Positions 50,428 to 63,159 of a stretch of DNA of 64,000 bases are shown in pieces (positions within the stretch are counted from its first letter, which is position 1; every line of letters starts with the position of its first letter). Location: assembly GCA_964016885.1 (NCBI GenBank), contig OZ024743.1:5580001-5644000 (forward strand), written 5' to 3'. Origin of the DNA: Eledone cirrhosa (lineage: Eukaryota). The translations under genes and the position numbers were made by a program. A model generated the notes under the pieces. The model was not told the DNA's origin. It made no database searches and saw only the letters and a program-made list of their open reading frames with translations.

Positions 50428-51625
50428 AATACCATAGAATCTCACACATGTAATAAAGTGGTTTGAAAAACTACGATCAACTATCTGATTTGGAAGCAAT
50501 ACGTATGCATACCCTCGTGCGCTGGAGGCAGCGCATTGAGCCGGTGCTTATCTCGGTTTCATGGCATGAAGCAACTGAGAGTACAAGACTCCTCACCCCC
50601 TGGACAGGACGCCAGTCCATCGCAGGGTTAAACCCCTAGATATTGCTGGTACTCATTTTCAGCTGAGTATACTGGAGTAACGTGAAATGGAGTGTTTTTG
50701 CTCAAGAACGCAACACGCAACCCAGCCTAGGAATCGAATCCCCGACATTACGATCGTAAGTCCAACACCCTTACCACTAGGTCACGTGCATTCACAGGGA
50801 GCAATATAGACAATCAAAATTGGAGGGGCGGTGGTGAAGTCCGTTGGTTTTAAAGACTGACTATTCTAATCCGTATTGTTTATAAAGTCAAAAACATTAG
50901 ATTAACTAGTTTTATTAGAGTTATCTCCCTTGCTCATTTGTTTTGTTTGTTTGTTTGTTTTTTTCTCAATTAAAAAAACGCCTCTAAAGTGAGTTTTTGT
51001 CTGTTATTTACTTGGATCCCAGTTGATCGAATATTTTCAAATCGATATATATATATTAATATTTGAGACTAGGTGTATTTATGTTTAGTATGCAGAACAT
51101 TCCACTGATTTTTTTTTCGTCTTCATTTGCTTTATCTTTTCTCCCCTCTCCATCCAGAATTTTGCAGGTCAAACACAGTTCATTCCATCTATCAGCTTAA
51201 TACATGAGTAATTAACCTCAGTAATTTATTTAATACTCTTGCTCCATGACGAGGAACATTACTAAAATAACAATCAAAATATTTTTTTTTTAATGCCGTA
51301 AAGCTACTTTTCTATGTAGATACCGTTCATCGATTACAGGACAGATATGTACTGTTCGTGGAATAGAGGTACACAGCCTGTAATTTTATCGAATATAAAC
51401 TACCATCACTTATATAATAACTCAAAGGAATCAGATGAGATTTGAACTTCAAATAAAGACGATATTTAGCCCGTCACTCAATTTTTTTAATAATCTCCAC
51501 CACTCAAAATCCATCATTTATTCATATCAACAGTCTCTAAAGTTTGGTGATTTAATAACTCCAAACAAGCACACGCAACAAGTATAACTCGATTTACACT
51601 GGTAAAAGCTGGTTGTCAAATGACT

Positions 51626-51633
51626 ACTTCCGG
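51626..51633. promoter_or_regulatory. ETS-type motif ACTTCCGG ~110 nt upstream of the ACAT2 ATG
   Basis: Consensus CCGGAAGT on the minus strand, in a proximal promoter position. Confidence 0.4.
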
Positions 51634-51742
51634 GCGCTTTATTTATTTCGCTACACGTGTGTACTGAGTTAATCGTAAATTTAGACGTGAGCAAAGGGAC
51701 ATAAAATAATTCTGTTACTTTTCTGTTGGAAATAACACAATT

Positions 51743-51785
51743 ATGGAATCAGTCGTGATTGTTACTGCAGCTCGCACTCCCATCG
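51743..51785 (+). CDS. ACAT2: Acetyl-CoA acetyltransferase (cytosolic thiolase) exon 1 (MESVVIVTAARTPI)
   Basis: Thiolase N-terminal VVIV-AARTPIG motif, no targeting peptide, gtaag donor. Confidence 0.92.
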
Positions 51786-51979
51786 GTAAGCAAAGCGTTT
51801 TGTGTTTATATCTATATACGGAAACTGATCTAATAAAAAGATTTTAATGTGGGTGTTGATAAACCGGTACGTCATTATTTAACTGATATTATTTTACCAT
51901 CAATGTCCTATTTTTGTATTATCGAAAATTAACATAAGCATTTTATCACTATTAAAATGCACATATATATTGGTTTTAG

Positions 51980-52114
51980 GTTCATTTAATGGTAGTTTTG
52001 CCACAATTTCAGTGGTAGAACTGGGTGCTAATGTTATTAAGAATCTCCTTGAACGGTCTGCTGTAAAACCCGAAGATGTATCAGAAGTTATTATGGGAAA
52101 TGTCTATTCGGCAG
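51980..52114 (+). CDS. ACAT2: ACAT2 exon 2 (GSFNGSFATISVVELG...VSEVIMGNVYSA)
   Basis: tag/gtaag boundaries, in phase. Confidence 0.93.
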
Positions 52115-52768
52115 GTAAGAAATATATATTTTACATCTACCTAATTTACTATTTGATAACTTATGGTAGTTATAGTATTGTCTCAGTTTTCGTTGTTGAT
52201 GACTTCCTGCTACTTCTACTTTAGCGATATATTTCAATTACACACTCTTCATATTTAACGTATGAAATATCATTTTGTTCATAGAGGAAACTTAACATCA
52301 ACAGTAATTTTTCATTTTAACTTTTTTCAAACAATACGAATTTTAACTGCTTTAAAGTTATATACATAATTCTTTTTAAAAGTAAGAATTATCTTATAAG
52401 TAACCAAATTCAATGTGTTTAGTTCTTGTCATTGCTGGAGGTTGTTTCTGCGCCTTAGCCTCACCATCACCAGTTGTAATGCTGAGAGCGTATGGATTGC
52501 CTCAAAATATTCCGTTGATCCTTGTGATGTGCGGCCGATTGTTGCACTTGGTGGTGAATTGATGGTCGTTTTAGTTTTTGTTTACTTCCCCTCTTTTTTT
52601 TCTCTTTCTCTCACTTTTGGTACCTTGTATTTGTGAGGTTCCTGGCAATAGTTAATTGTATTTAAATCAAATAAATTCCTTTCTTTCTTCTAAAAAAAAA
52701 AGAAGTTACAAATAGTAAGGGAAAACCTCATTATCTTCGCTTTGAACTTTTTCTGAGTTATATATACT

Positions 52769-53034
52769 ACTAGCAGTGGTTCCCGGCGTTGCACGGGATA
52801 AGGTATTTTGGAACGCGGGCCGCCAACAGACCTAATCGTGGAAAAACTGCATGCCTGGGACAATATGTAAAGAAAATAAACCGAATACTCTCATGGCTGG
52901 ATAATCTTTAAGATTTTCCTCGATGAAGCAGGAAAAATGCAGGTTTTCACCTAATGCGGGCCCTAGGGAATCAAGAAAATGAATTTTTTTATGTGCATAA
53001 TATGCGTTGAAATTTCGGGAAAATCGGCTAGACG

Positions 53035-53068
<34 letters not shown>

Positions 53069-53415
53069 TTTAAAAAGGTGAAAAAATGAAGTTTTTCACC
53101 TAATGTGGGCCCTAGGCCATAAAAAAGTTAGATTTTCTTTGCTCACGGTATGAAGAAGAGACTGACTAATACATAGTTACAATTTCAAGGAAATCGTTCT
53201 GACGTAACGCCTAAAAAAAAACCTAAAAAGCTGAAAAAACGCAGTTTTTCACCTAATGCGGGCCCTAGGGGATCAAAAAGTTGAATTTTATGTGCATAAC
53301 ACTCCCTGAAACATAAGTAATACACATGTAAAGTTTGAAAAAAATCGGTTGGGTACTTCTCGAGTTTTAGGGATTCAAACTCACAGACAGACATCCTCAG
53401 TTTTATATATATAGA
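52769..53415 (+). mobile_element. Non-autonomous Helitron/Helentron-like element
   Basis: 5' ACTAGC..CCCGGCGTTGCACGGG hairpin; internal ~140-bp imperfect repeats (ttttcacctaatgcgggccctagg x3); 3' cacagacagac...ttttatatatataga. Confidence 0.65.
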
Positions 53416-54333
53416 CTAGCAGAAAACCACCCGGTGGGCGGTTTTCTGCTAGCAAATCTAGTGTATATACTGATATTGTTGAGATTTGGATGAGAAATGT
53501 TTTCGGCACCACATGTTCACCGTCTCTCGGTGTGTCTTTTATGCATGTATAAATATATATGTTAAAACTAAAAAGGAGAAAATAAATAACTGGCGGTTAG
53601 AAAAAAATATTCCTATGAAATTTTAATCATACCATTAGGTGTGAATAAGGAAATATTTTTTTATTGTCAAAACAAATGTTCAAAAGTTAAACTTCAATTT
53701 TTTGAATTATTTCCAATTTTTTCATGAAATTGAACACTGGACATTGGCTGCTGGAAATGGAAATTTAATCGTATTTAATTGTATTTAAATTTCTAACCTT
53801 ATTTTATTATTTATATTTTTTCAATAAGAAATTAAAAAAAATTGAAGAAAAAAATTGAACAAATCAAACGTAGGTTATGAAATTGCGCAATCTGATTAAT
53901 AAATTACCTCATCAGTAGCAACCTTCTTCAAATGGTCCTTATTATCAGCAGCAACAACCACAAATTCAATGACAACCTTCTTCTCATGGTGTCAAGTCAG
54001 AACCGCCTCGAACTGGTTACTTCTGGCTTGTGCAAGGTGTCTCTATAGCAACCAGCGATTCCCTCGGCCTCAGTGACCAAAGTCAGTGGAGAGGGGAAGG
54101 TAATGTTTCTATAGCGACAGTGTTTCTCTTGGTAATACCAAAGTGGAGAAAGGAAGGGGAAGGTAATATTTCTGTAGCACGTGTTTTAGCGTCTATTCAC
54201 TCTCTCTCTCTCCCTCCCGCTATCCCCCTCTCGTAGTCTGTCTCTTTCTTTCACTCTCACTCTCTCTCTACGCACGTGTTTCCACTGCCGGACAGACAGA
54301 CAAAGAAATTTCTGGTTATATATATAAGTAGAT
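53416..54333 (+). mobile_element. Second Helitron-like non-autonomous element abutting the first
   Basis: Starts with the CTAGCAG hairpin 53416-53452; ends gacagacagac...tatatatataagtagat; interior uncertain. Confidence 0.45.
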
Positions 54334-54334
54334 A

Positions 54335-54380
54335 TTGTCTGATGACCCTGTGATAAACAGGTAAAATTCCAGAGTAACAA
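54335..54380 (+). ncRNA. Degenerate type I hammerhead motif
   Basis: ttgt-CTGATGA-ccctg(tgataaa)caggt-AAAA-ttc(ca)gag-TA-acaa; G12 is mutated; AATAAA follows. Confidence 0.55.
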
Positions 54381-54450
54381 GATTCACTTTAATAAAATAG
54401 ATATTTAAACTCTACTTCGGTATTGAGTATTCTTTTCTCTTGTCTATCAA

Positions 54451-55113
54451 CAGCAAAGCATAAATGAACTAAGGGAGAAATTAGGAATAAGAGGAATCAG
54501 ATGTTGTTTACTCGAGAGAAGACTACGTTGGTATGGTCACGTGATGCGCATGAAAGATGACAGCTGTATAAAAAAGTGCAGGGCGATAAAAATAGACGGT
54601 AGCCACGGAGTAGGCAGACCCAGAAAAACCTGGGACGACTTGATAAATTCCGACCTCCCACACTTACACCTCTCCAAGACAATGTCACTGGACCGAGATC
54701 TTTGGCGCTACACAGTAATACAGAAGACCCGCCTTGCCTAAGTACAAAGCGAAACCTACAGTCAGTAGGCACCTCAAACAAAAATACACCCCCACCTCAC
54801 ACCACCCCTTTCGATGTAGAGTTATGTTTGTACCACAACATCCAGACCGAAATAAATGAGGTCGTGTAGGTGTCACAAAAAAAAAAAACACACAGTCCAC
54901 GCTGTAATGTGGCCGTCTAAGTAACACAGTAAAAACATTCCAGTCCACACTGTAAACGTGGTTGGTGTTAGGAAGGGCATCCAGCCGTAGAAAACCCGCC
55001 AGACAGTCCTATACGAGCAAGACAACCAATCTTGTCTCAAGTGGGAAAACTCCCGTCCAAACCCATGCAAGCGTGGAAGATGGACGTTAAACGATGATGA
55101 TGATGATGATGAT
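54451..55113 (+). mobile_element. 5'-truncated RTE copy (same subfamily as the 22.7-26.3 kb element), ACAT2 intron 2
   Basis: [30 protein letters not shown] plus the long 3'UTR and (GAT)n tail. Confidence 0.92.
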
Positions 55114-55879
55114 ATATGTGTGTATGTAACTAACTACCAGTGACATCAACATAGCTTTTGACACAATTCATTCCCCATCAACGTCGAATATTCGTGACAT
55201 TTCATACGTATAGGGTCACTGGCAACAAAGTTTTTATCTGACAGAAGTATTGGATGAAGTTTGTGAGAGTACTTGGCTATTCTGGTGCTTCTCAGTCACA
55301 CTATCACCCGCAGTAATGACGTGTTTTGGGTTTTCTCAAAATGTATTGAGGATTCAACTTTATTGATTTGTATCTTTTGTAAATCATATACATAATATAA
55401 ATATTGCTTTTGTTGTTGTTGTTTTTTCTTTTAAACATTATAAGAGCTTATCTGCATAAAAACTATTTGGAAGTATTAGTTGAACATTAAAAGGATAACA
55501 TTTGCAAAGGCCAGAACACTCTCAATCACACACCATAACTAAGAAGACTGGCACAAATCTTTTCACCTTACCTAGTAGAGATTGCTCAGATATTTCCAAC
55601 TCAATCATGTCACCCTTCACAATCCCGATGTCAGCAAGGCATTACTCTTTGTTCCATACAGAGAGCTGGTCAATGAAGGTTTATTGGATAGCCAACCCAT
55701 ATATATCCATGTCATAGAACTTTGTCACTATTTAGTTTTTGTCCTGTAAAATGCATTCATCTCTCTTTAATGACATTAGTGAATGCAGACAGACTACTGT
55801 ACAGAGTACCGCATTTCTTAATGGATTATTGGGTACACACACAATATTTTCATGTTTTTATTGACGCAGAACTATAAAG

Positions 55880-56060
55880 GTGAATCATAGAGCTTTTTTT
55901 ACCTAACACATTGGTAATAATAGCTTCAGATCTAGTTTTACCACAACTTATTTTAGTAGCTACATTTGAAACCTTATAAAATTTTGAATTTAGTTTCAAA
56001 GTACAATAAAGTGAATGATTATGCTTAACTGCATGATATATCTGTACTATTTCAGAAAAA
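55880..56060 (-). mobile_element. hAT-like transposase fragment
   Basis: YHAVKHNHS...KISCGKTRSEAIITNVLG resembles a motif recalled from hAT-family transposases; short and decayed. Confidence 0.45.
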
Positions 56061-56302
56061 AATGGCATCCTCTTCTTTATGCACTTCGATCTGTTTACCC
56101 CTCACCCTACATAATATATTCTCAGTATTACTTCAAACACTTCAGTTGAGGTAAAATATATATCTCTCATCATCATCAATCTGTCACTACTATAAGTAAT
56201 CTTGAAGTAATGACAAAGTGAAGCTTCAGTTTAGAATAAATGATGAAACTCTACATGTATTGAATTCTTTTTGTATTCATTTTACCCACTCACATACATA
56301 TG

Positions 56303-57960
56303 CGAGGACCAAAAACATGAGGTTTTCAGGATTGTTAGACAATGTGTCAAGGAAAATCATGATATTGTCGGGAAGAAGTGTGTCTGTAATGATGATGGTG
56401 TACTTGCCATCACTGACGCTGGTAAGAAGTAAGAAGGTAGCTTGGAAGTGTCACTACGAGAGGCTACTAAACGAGGAGAATAAATGGGACAAAGATAGTC
56501 TGCCCCATATCGATCCAATAGAGGGACCAGCAGTGCAAGTTGAAGGTAGTATAAGTAAGGCAATCAAAAATATGAAGACAGGCAAGGCAGCTGTGCCTTC
56601 GGAGATAAATGCTGAAAGTATCTGGAACGATGGAACACTATGTTCACCCGGATAGTAAACCAAGTCATACAGAAAGACTGGCGTAGCAGCATCATTAATT
56701 GCTACAAGAGTAAAGGAGATGCACTAGATAGAGGAAACTATAGAGGCATTAAATTAATTTACCAGGTCATGAAGGTCACACAAAAGAGCAAATTGATCTA
56801 GACGAAATGCAGTTTGGGTTTGTGTCAGGTAAAAGTATCACAGACGCCCTTTTTCTTGTACGACAACTACAGGAGAAGTACCTAACTGAAAGTAAACCCC
56901 TATACTTAGGTTTTGTTGACTTGGAGAAAGCATTTGACAGAGTCCACCGCGCCATTATCTGGTGGGCCCTTAGAAAACTAGGGGTTGATGAATGGCTTCT
57001 GAAAGCTATACAAGCTATGTATAAAGAAACAGTCAGCAAGGTTAGAATTAACAACAAATATAGTGAAGAATTTAGCATAAAAGTTGGTGTTCATCGGGGC
57101 TCTGTCCTTATCCCCCTCCTATTTATTATTGCCCTTCAGGCTATAACAGTTCAAGACCGGCTGCCCATGGGAACTTCTCTATGCAGATGATCTAACGCTC
57201 ATAGCTGAATCGATGGTTGAACTAGAGAAGAAATTCCAAACATGGAAGCATGGCCTAGAATCAAAAGGCCTTAAAATTAACTTGTCTAAGACTAAAGTTC
57301 TAGTATATAGGAAGGAAAATAGGGCACAGGTCCCCTCTGGGAAATGGCCATGCTCTGTGTAGGAAAGGAGTAGGCAGAAATTTCATTTTATGTTCCAAAT
57401 GCAAAGTATGGGTGCATAAAAGATGTAGTGGGATCACAGGTAAGCTATCTAAGAACGTAGATTTTATATGTGGCCAGTGCTCAGGTGCAATAAGTAGCAA
57501 GCGCCCACAGGGCCACTAGCTCCTTCTATTGCCCAGATGGCTCTATAGAAATAGTGGACACCTTCCATTACCTGGGTGACAAAAGCGAAACCTACAGTCA
57601 GTAGGCACCTCTTAATCAAATATACACCTCTCTCCCACTGCCCCAACTCCCCCACCCCATCAACACCACCCCTTTCTCTGTAAAGTTATGTTGGTACCAC
57701 AACATCCAGTCCTAAATAAATGAGGTCGTGTAGGTGTCACGACAAAAAACACAGTCCACGCTGTAATGTGGCTGTGTAGGTAATACGGTAAAAACCTCCC
57801 AGTCCACACTAAACGTGGTTGGTGTTAGGAAGGGCATCCAGCCGTAGAAAACCTGCCAGACAGTCCCATACGAGCAAGACGACCAATCTTGCCTCAAGTG
57901 GGACAATCCCGTCTAAACCCATGCTAGCGTGGAAGATAGACGTTAAACGATGATGATGAT
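56303..57960 (+). mobile_element. 5'-truncated RTE copy with internal deletion, ACAT2 intron 2
   Basis: RT fragments in ORFs 56218..56655 and 56807..57190; jumps from YLGDK to the 3'UTR at ~57584; (GAT)n tail. Confidence 0.92.
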
Positions 57961-58381
57961 ATATATAGGTTAGAGAGAGCTCTTTAATCATGTTAAAGAC
58001 ATGAACATTTTCTCGTATAGGTACCACAATAAAATGCACCTAGTATTCTCTGTTGTATGGTTGGTGTTACAAAGGGCATCTGACCATGGAAACCTTGTCT
58101 AAAATTGGAATGTATGAGCAAAATGATATCCTCCGACCTATTTAAGGAAGGCAATAACTCCAAATAAGGCATGACTCGGACTGTAACTCAAATTCCACCA
58201 TTATCAAATTTGCTTTTCATCCTTCCATGGTTAATAAAATAAAGTACCAGTTAAATTGCTGGTCTTAACCACTGATAAACAGAATTATATGTCACCTTCA
58301 TATTCATTTTTATCCTGTCACTCTCTCAACTCACTTAACTTGTCCTGCTACCTCCTATTCTAATTAATGTTGACCTTTTAA

Positions 58382-58755
58382 CCCTTTAGCATTTACATTA
58401 CTCTATATATACTATTGTGGATTGGCAGTATCGGTAGAGGGTCGGACGCCATGCTTTCCAGCATAGTTACGTCCCTTTACGATCTGAGTTCAAATCCCGC
58501 CGGGGTTGACTTTGCCTTTCATCCTTACGGGGTCGATAAAATAAAGTACCAGTAATGCACTGGGTAATTGCCGGCCTTGTGCCTAAAGTAGAAACAATTA
58601 TATTTTTACAGTAATTATCTCACGCAATATAGAATCTGAGATTTTGATATTATTTATTTTGATAAAAATACCTTAACATCAGTATGAGTGGCCAGTTACA
58701 GCTGGTTTGAACAGAAACAGGTGAGAACATTCTGGCCGGTTTAAATGCTAAAGGG
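58382..58755. mobile_element. piggyBac-type MITE interrupted by a SINE (58417-58600)
   Basis: Same termini; the two halves are collinear with 35229-35432. Confidence 0.75.
58417..58600 (+). mobile_element. tRNA-derived SINE with Meta-like central domain (reference copy)
   Basis: A box TGGCAGTATCGG, B box GAGTTCAAATCC, core tttgcctttcatccttacggggtcgataaaataaagtaccag, tail gaaacaatta. Confidence 0.85.
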
Positions 58756-59808
58756 TTAGGTAATGTATTTGTTCAAACCTGCTTCACTTTATGTGGTACA
58801 CATATCTGAAACAATACTAAATATTATTAGAAACTTGTCAACTATAACCAAATCAAATAGGATTGTCAGCTATTTGGGGATGGGGGAAGTTATTTTAAGC
58901 TGATAGTTTTAATAAAAACATTGGTATGAACCTTCTTTTATAGAATTTAACTAATCAAGATTATATCAATCCTGTCTAAACTTTTAAATTCTTGACATTA
59001 GAGAAGCTTTTAGAAGTATTCATTTAAAAAATAGATGAAAATTATTAATTTATAATAATTGTTTCTTCTTTTGGCACAAGGCCAGCAATTATCTCAGTGT
59101 ATTACTGGTACTTTATTTTATCAACCCCGTAAGGATGAATAATATCACTATTTCATAAAAGTTTGCTGTAACAAAGATTTCAGTGCAGAATTATTTCCAT
59201 AGCAACTACAGCGCAATAGAAGGGAATGTTTTGTCATGGTTTCATGTTCAGAATTCCAAAACTTTTTTTATCTCGTGACCTCTTTCTGTTCAAACCAGCT
59301 GCTCATATTTATGTTAAGGTATTGTTCTCAAAATAAATATTTAAATCTAGTAGATTAGACATTATGTGAGATGAAGTGTTTACTGTGAAAATACAACAGT
59401 AAATATAGAGTAATGTAAATGCTAAAGTGTTAAACATCAACCCACTTGAAACCACCTCTATTAAAGTATTTGAATTTAAATTCATTACTACTTGACAGAT
59501 AATATTAGATTTCAGTAATTTAATATTTGTCTTTCATTTTTTAAAGTTGAAGGTTAGTTATTTCTCTAAACCTCTCATAATTCTTGATTATTTTGATGAG
59601 TAAAGGTCGTATATTCTAAAGGATGGTCACAAAAGGGTTAAAAGTAAATAAATCATATTTCAAAGAATATCTGAAACCAAGCCAGAATCAGTTCTGTATG
59701 TGCAAGACATGGTCACTTGACCTAGCATTGCCCACAACAGGACAACTCGTCTAACCCATGCTAGCGTGGAAGAATAGGCGTAAAACGGTGGTGATGATAT
59801 ATGTATAT

Positions 59809-59842
<34 letters not shown>

Positions 59843-59879
59843 CATCATCATCATGATATATATATATTTATTATAAAAC

Positions 59880-60386
<507 letters not shown>

Positions 60387-60663
60387 TGAGATCTGACATG
60401 ATGTTTCAAACTAAGTTTTGTGTATTAAAATGTTTTTCATTAAAACTAATGCAACAATAGGAAAGTAGTACAGTTGTAATTTTGTCTTCCTATCAGCTAG
60501 TGACTTTTGATGACTTGATGCCACGAAAAATGCACCCAGTACGCTCTGCAAAGAGGTAGTGGTGGTGCCACGACAAAAATGCACTCAGTACAGCTTGTTT
60601 TTGTTTTGTTTTTGCATTATATACTTCATTGTTATTTGTTTATAAATATATTTCTTTTGTTAG

Positions 60664-60781
60664 GCTCCTCATTGTACTCATATGAGAGCTGGCACTAAGA
60701 TGGGAGACATTAACATGACAGATACAATTTTAAAGGATGGTTTAATTGATGCCTTTTATCAATATCACATGGGTGTAACAG
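60664..60781 (+). CDS. ACAT2: ACAT2 exon 4 (APHCTHMRAGTKMGD...DGLIDAFYQYHMGVT)
   Basis: tag/gtaag boundaries. Confidence 0.94.
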
Positions 60782-60932
60782 GTAAGATGGATATTATTTG
60801 CTATATTTGTTTTTCTGTTCAATTTCCTAGTTCACATTTGATTCCTTTTAACCAGACTATATTTTGTATAGAAAATATATAATTAGTTTTTTATTATTTT
60901 GTATTTAACTCTTGAAGTGTGTATTTACATAA

Positions 60933-61425
60933 CCCTTTAGCATTTAAACCGGCTGTATCCGGCCAGAATTCTCTGTCTCTTTCTGTTCAAACCAGCTGTA
61001 ACCAGACACTCATACTTATGTTGAGATATTGTTCTCAAAATGAATATCAAAATCTCATAGATTCAATATTATGTGAGGTAAAGCCTTCACCATGAAAATA
61101 TAATTGTTTCTACTGTTGGCACAAGACCAGCAATTCCCCCAGTGTATTACTGGTACTTTATGTTATCGACCCCCGTAAGGATGAAAGGCAAAGTTAACCT
61201 CGGCAGGTATATACAATGTAAATGCCATATCCGGCCAGAATTCTCTCACCTCTTTCTGTTCAAGCCAACTGTAACCAGCCACTCATACTTATGTTATGGT
61301 ATTGTTCTCAAAATAAATATCATCAAAATCTCGTAGATTCAATATTATATGAGATAATTATGTGAGATAAAGTGTTTACTGTGAACATACAATAGTAATT
61401 ATAGAGTAATGTAAATGCTAAAGGG
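60933..61425. mobile_element. Composite of two MITE copies and a SINE fragment
   Basis: CCCTTTAGCATTT...AAATGCTAAAGGG|TTAA; internal duplication around a SINE fragment at ~61100-61207. Confidence 0.65.
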
Positions 61426-61814
61426 TTAAGTTTCTTAGTTATTTGAATGAAAATGTATTATGTAAATCAGCAGTGAATTTTTAGATTGTTTTCTTAGAGT
61501 TGTTTCTAAGATCTTGACTATTCATTGTTAGTTTAGAGGAAATATAATTTCATTTATTTAAATTTTTAAATATTTAAAAAAAAATTATTTCATCAAGAAA
61601 TACATCTTCAAAATATTCATACAAAATAGATATAATAGCAGATTGTGTATTTGAAGTTATTGATATTTAGATAACACCAAAGGTGGTGGTGTAATAGACA
61701 GCTTTATATCTCAGATGATTATCCTTTTTAAAACCAAAATAGTTTATACAACCTGAATTTGTCTTTAATTCTATAGAGTATATCTTATTTCATTTATGGT
61801 AATTTATCTTTCAG

Positions 61815-61958
61815 CTGAAAATGTTGCTCAAAAAATGAACATATCTCGAAGTGAACAAGATAATTTTGCCGTATTGTCTCAACAAAAATGTGATGCTGCC
61901 CAAGTATCAGGACATTTTATTAAAGAAATTATTCCTGTTATTGTCAAGACACGAAATG
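61815..61958 (+). CDS. ACAT2: ACAT2 exon 5 (AENVAQKMNISRSEQDNFA...KEIIPVIVKTRN)
   Basis: cag/gtttgt boundaries. Confidence 0.94.
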
Positions 61959-62659
61959 GTTTGTATTCTTTCTATATTTCTACTATTTATTGATGACAAA
62001 GATGTTGGAAAGGCAGAAATGGTAAAAAGCTATTTGAAATATGTTATAGTACTTAGTCTTGTTTCTTTACATTCTTGATTCTATCCTTACCAAAGTCAAC
62101 TTTGTATTTCATTCTATTGGAGTCATACAATAAAGTTAATTTAATCAAATTTCCCATGGACACAAACCAAAGCTGAAGCATATACAGTATGCACCACCCC
62201 ACCTCATCCACTCCCACACATCCTCCATGAAGACAGCCTGAAGTATACATCCAGTGAAGCCTCCAGCCTTCACTGTAAAGTGGACATGTAGGTGTCACAA
62301 CAAAAAGCACCCAGTACTCACTGTAAATGAGGTTAGCATTAGGAAGGGTATCCAGCTGTAGAAACCAAGCCCAAATCAGTTCTGTATGGCCAAGACATGG
62401 TCACCTGACATGGCTCACAGCAGGATAACTCGTCTAACCCATGCCAGCATGGAAAAATGGACATTAAACAGTGATGATGATAAAGATTCACAAAAAATTA
62501 TTTATGATCTGCACACCATATCTTTATCCTCTGTGACATCACAAACCATACACATTACAATCATATTTCTAACTCTACTAACATCACAACTATACTTTTG
62601 ACTCCATCAGGATGTCGCAACTTTACTTTCAAATTCTAATATGACAAGACTAATTTTAC

Positions 62660-62850
62660 TGTCACTGAAAATATACCACTGACCTTATTGTGACATCACA
62701 ATTGTACCATAAGTTCTATTGTGACATCACAACTTTACCACTGGCCTTATCGTGACATCACAACTTTACCATTGACCCTATTGTGACATCACAACTGTAC
62801 CACTGACTCTAATGTGACATCACAACTTTACCACTGACTCTATTGTCACA
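62660..62850. repeat. ~31-bp tandem repeat
   Basis: (ttgtgacatcacaactttaccactgacccta)n, about 6 units. Confidence 0.85.
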
Positions 62851-63039
62851 ATATTATAACTATCTATGACCTAACTATGCTATCATGATCAAACTTTTCA
62901 CTCTGTTCTGCCATTTTTGTCCATAGCATTTCATTCATTTTTACCTCATGACCATTTCATTCTCTTTTACACACATCATTCTTAAAATATTTTCTGAATT
63001 CATTCTTTCTTTCCTTTTTATAATATTCCACTTTTTTAG

Positions 63040-63159
63040 GGGAATTGATTATTGACAAAGATGAATTCCCTCGGCCCAACTCCACAACAGAAACTCTGGC
63101 TAAACTGAAACCTTGCTTCTTAAAAGATAATGGAACTGTTACTGCTGGTAATGCTTCTG
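63040..63159 (+). CDS. ACAT2: ACAT2 exon 6 ([13 protein letters not shown]...[18 protein letters not shown]); gene continues beyond the window
   Basis: tag/gtaag boundaries; DE-PR and GTVTAGNAS thiolase motifs. Confidence 0.94.

Noticed and set aside
822-58600. tRNA genes
   Set aside because: A/B boxes belong to SINE heads; no cloverleaf or acceptor stem
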